Shown here piece by piece: positions 60,601-64,000 of a stretch of 64,000 nt of DNA. The notes beneath the pieces were generated by a model. That model ran no database searches. It was not told the DNA's origin and was given only the letters and a program-made list of their open reading frames with translations. The position numbers and the translations under genes are program-made. The DNA is from Lingula anatina (taxonomy: Eukaryota; Animalia; Brachiopoda): assembly GCA_051362555.1 (NCBI GenBank), contig CM120644.1:6146954-6210953 (forward strand). Direction: 5' to 3'. Positions within the stretch are counted from its first letter, which is position 1; each line of letters begins with the position of its first letter.

Positions 60601-62922
60601 TCCTGTGGATCTGTACTACTTGATGGACATGTCCAGGTCTATGAATATACACAGGGAAAAACTGGCCGCACTGGGAGTTAAGATCTGTAAGTAAACGCCA
60701 TTTAAAAAAAAGGAAAGTAGTAAATTTTTAATTGTGAAAATAATCATGTCTTCCATCTACAATCTTGTATGTAATAATTTTTTTGATCTTTTTTCCAGCT
60801 AATGAAATGGCTGCAATTACAGAAGATTTTAGACTTGGTTTCGGCTCCTATGTCGATAAGGTCACCATGCCTTATGTCAGCATTTATGCCCCGAAGTAAG
60901 GAGTAAAATAGGCATTATTTACAGTTAAACAAGCAGTGTTATTTGTTTGGTATTTCAAAGAGTCAAACATGTTTATTTTATATTATTGCTAGGTAACATT
61001 GTTTTGTATAATTATGATTGATAACTGTGGTCATCAATTCAAATTTTGTATTTGAAAATCAGTTAAAATAATTCAAAATTGGAAATTGTTCATTAATAAC
61101 CATTTTAGGGAGGGAAAATGTCAAAGGTTTTATATTAAAATGGGAACATATTATGCCACCCACTATTAATATATATATATTTTTTATCCTGTGATTTCCA
61201 GGCTGAACAACCCGTGTTCAGAAAGTGATAAATGTGCTGCCCCCTATGGTTACAGACATGAACTAAGTCTTACTAATGATGCTAAGATATTTTCTGTAAG
61301 TACTTTCCTCCTGCTCACTGTTTGTGTACTAAAGATAAGATTTTCAAGATTTTGAACAATGTCAGTTGTGTCATAAAGTTGTAGGAATACAAAATTTTGT
61401 CAAAAAACGCCCATGACTTTTTGTGTTATGATGCTAACTAACAAACTAAAAAAAAACACCACCTCTTTGGCGGGAGAAAGAATATAAAGGTAAAGTGATA
61501 ATATTATATTATTGTTGATGTTGTAGGAAAAAGTGCTAGCCACCCCTATATCTGGTAATCTTGACGTCCCTGAGGGGGGCTTTGATGCTGTAGTCCAGGC
61601 TGTTGTCTGTGAGGTGAGCAGTAAAATTAATAGATTCTATAGAGAATTAGAAAACGTTGATTATTTGGCAATGTTTTACTTTGGTAGAAGGACCAGATTT
61701 TTCTTATAAACCACAAATCATTTAAGTTAATTTCAGTGTTAATAAAAGTGTCACTGAGTTAATTTCAGTGTTTTACGAAGCAGTAGGATTTATTTATAGT
61801 ACTCGGATAAATGGACAGTATCAGGACTGCTGTATATATTGAATACATCACTTAAAACAAATTGAACTATTCTAAATATGAAGATAGAATATCAACATGT
61901 TCTTCACTTTATTTATAACTACAAGATTTTGTTCATAAAATGATTGTGAGTTTGTTTCAGGATACAGACTGACATTGACAACCTCAACTGTTACAGTACC
62001 ACTATGAGTACATGTTTTATTATACACAAGGGGAATAGTTTTCAGTAACATAAATCTCATTTTCAGATTATTTTTTTAATGACTCTTATAGTCATGGCAA
62101 TGTCTGATTAAATGTTTGTAATTTAAAAGCTGTTCTACAGGAACCCACAAGTTCAAAGATACAATGTTTTAACCATCTATTTGACATTACAGAAGCAAAT
62201 AGGCTGGAGAAACCCTTCCAGAAAGCTGCTGATCTTGAGCTCTGATTCTGGGGTTCATTTGGCAGGGGATGGCTATGTATGTGCAGCATAGATATCATAT
62301 ATAAGTGTCCTTAGGCTGTGGGATATGAATGGGGTATAGGGTATAACTCTTAGATATAGAACACTGGAATAATTAAAACACTGACAAAGGAAGGTGAAAG
62401 AAACTGATGAAGTTTGTGTCCAAAGATGTTCTATGGCCAGAGAGGTTCTGGCAGAAAGCCAGACCATTGTCTACACAAAAGGAAAAACTAGGAAAGACGC
62501 ACATTCAGGAAGTAGGCAACTGTACAGACAGATTGATAGACAGAACTGACAAAGGGACAAAAAACTGTTTGACAGACAGACAGATAGACAAGATGGTTCT
62601 GCTGTTAAGCAGACAGACATTAAGGCAGTCTCCTTCACAGAAGAAGTGGTTAAGAAGCCAGTGACAACACAAACAATACGTTTGACGTAAATTTGTTGAC
62701 ACAATACAGACAGATTGACAAGAAGGAATGGACTTACGACTGCTCAGTAACCATGATAATCAGCCCCTGTGGTGGAGGCCAATGTCTCTTTATGATTATA
62801 TTAGTCAGTGCACATAACTCTGTATGCTATATTTACAGGAAACCGTTGGGTGGCGGAGTCCGTCTCGTAGACTTCTGATCATGTCCACAGACTCTCCTTT
62901 TCACTCTGCGGGTGACGGCAAG
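57624..62922 (+). CDS. Integrin beta subunit, 5' part (signal peptide, PSI, hybrid start, betaI domain); continues beyond window
   Basis: Exons: 57624-57693, 58034-58134, 58583-58702, 59012-59093, 60555-60686, 60799-60895, 61202-61295, 61527-61613, 62839-62922. Motifs [66 protein letters not shown]. Confidence 0.95.
59119..60281. mobile_element. MITE with about 103-bp TIRs and 5-bp TSD (AACTG)
   Basis: CAGGCCTACCCAACTACCAGACTCGGCACC... is reverse-complementary to ...GGTGCCGAGTCTGGTAGTTGGGTAGGCCTG; aactg at 59114-59118 and 60282-60286. Confidence 0.9.
59270..59873. mobile_element. Nested 604-bp MITE with perfect about 77-bp TIRs and 8-bp TSD (GCTCATCC)
   Basis: CACCCTGAGCTTCAGAGATAACTTGACAC... 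/ ...GTGTCAAGTTATCTCTGAAGCTCAGGGTG; gctcatcc at 59262-59269 and 59874-59881. Confidence 0.93.
60282..60490. repeat. Degenerate minisatellite, about 33-35 bp period
   Basis: ggttc recurs at about 60287, 60320, 60354, 60387 and 60422 with similar ...tttgggt.taaa.tg context. Confidence 0.55.
62520..62625. repeat. Degenerate (GACA)n microsatellite
   Basis: acagacagattgatagacag...gacagacagacagatagaca. Confidence 0.7.
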
Positions 62923-64000
62923 GTTAATACACTCACCAATAACTGACACAAAAGGTGTCTTCTTACCACAGTGTGTTCTCTCAGCAGTTTTTGTCTTAGA
63001 AAATGGGGAGGAAAAGGGGATTTTTTTTTTTTTTTTTAAATTATAAAATGAATAAAAAAGTGGTGGACTTGTTAAAAGTGGATGATGATACCCTCATTTT
63101 GCCATGTGCTGTAACATAGTTTTTGTTCAGTGCATTTATTTTATGTGTTTATTAAAATTGGCTAATGGTATTTCTTCAATTTAATGAAAACTACAAGATG
63201 GAGAATACATTTGAACTGCAGAGAGCACACAGTGCATTTATAATTTGATGTGATTTGCACGTGTTTCATTTCAAATATCTGTTGTTACCCCTCCCACCCC
63301 CCCTCTGACCCCCTCCCCCCCCCCACCCCCCACACTTCTTTACTAGTAATAAGTTCTCTATACTCAGTTTGCCATAGTCATAGATTTTGAGTTTTAATAG
63401 TCTTTGATCTTTATAAAAACAAGCAACATAACCTTTAATGTTCTACATGTAAAAGTACTTTTCAATTCAATTTGGGTCTGCCTAACCTAATGCACAAAGT
63501 CTTAACTGACCGTTTGATTACAAGTCCTAAACATAGTAATCCAAACTGACTGCAGGCAGCTTGCCTCAGTTACACTGGGGATAGCTGGGGCAACTGTGAA
63601 ACCAGATTGGTCATCTGTGGTGAGCTAACCATAATCAGTGCAGACATAAGTAAAGATTACCCAAGTTGGCGGGAAAAGCACCTTAAATGTGGTTCTTAAC
63701 TTAACAATTTACACCAACACTTTAACCTAGTGTAACTTAGTTAATACTAACATTGTATTTTAGTTGTGAACAATATTTTAAGTTTATTTTAAGTTCTTAA
63801 TACTTTTATGTTTTGTTTTGTTGTGTATTTAAGTTAATTTTTTGTTTAGATTACCAACCTTTTTATTTGACACATAAAAGTTTTGAGTGTGCTTTTCCAT
63901 TAATAATTCTTTTAAAGATTTCTAAATTCTCTCTTTCTTATATGAATGTTTGTGTTTTAGTAAAAGATATGAACATTATTTGGTGTTTAATTTGATTGAT

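Overview
AT-rich eukaryotic (invertebrate, probably mollusc-like; taxon is inferred) genomic window. It holds five host genes and many transposable elements. From left to right: (1) the 3' part of a spliced + strand gene for an extracellular HYR-HYR-Sushi-Cys-domain protein, whose exon module is tandemly duplicated and interrupted by LINE relics, a Tc1 element and MITEs; (2) two tandem intronless TRIM-NHL ORFs, the second lacking most of the coiled coil, duplicated together with a piece of the calpain-7 3' end; (3) a complete 20-coding-exon calpain-7 gene on the - strand (about 839 aa); (4) a head-to-head integrin beta gene on the + strand, running off the right edge. The putative 23 kb first intron of the integrin carries a full-length intact L1/Tx1 LINE and a very young Gypsy LTR element, itself interrupted by a TTAA-specific element; a later intron holds nested MITEs. 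Most notable observations: near-exclusively non-synonymous divergence in one duplicated exon of the HYR gene, Gypsy outer termini lacking TG/CA, a decayed spliced env-like fusion gene in the Gypsy, and an integrin beta lacking the ADMIDAS Asp pair. All exon coordinates were derived by hand from splice signals and reading-frame continuity.
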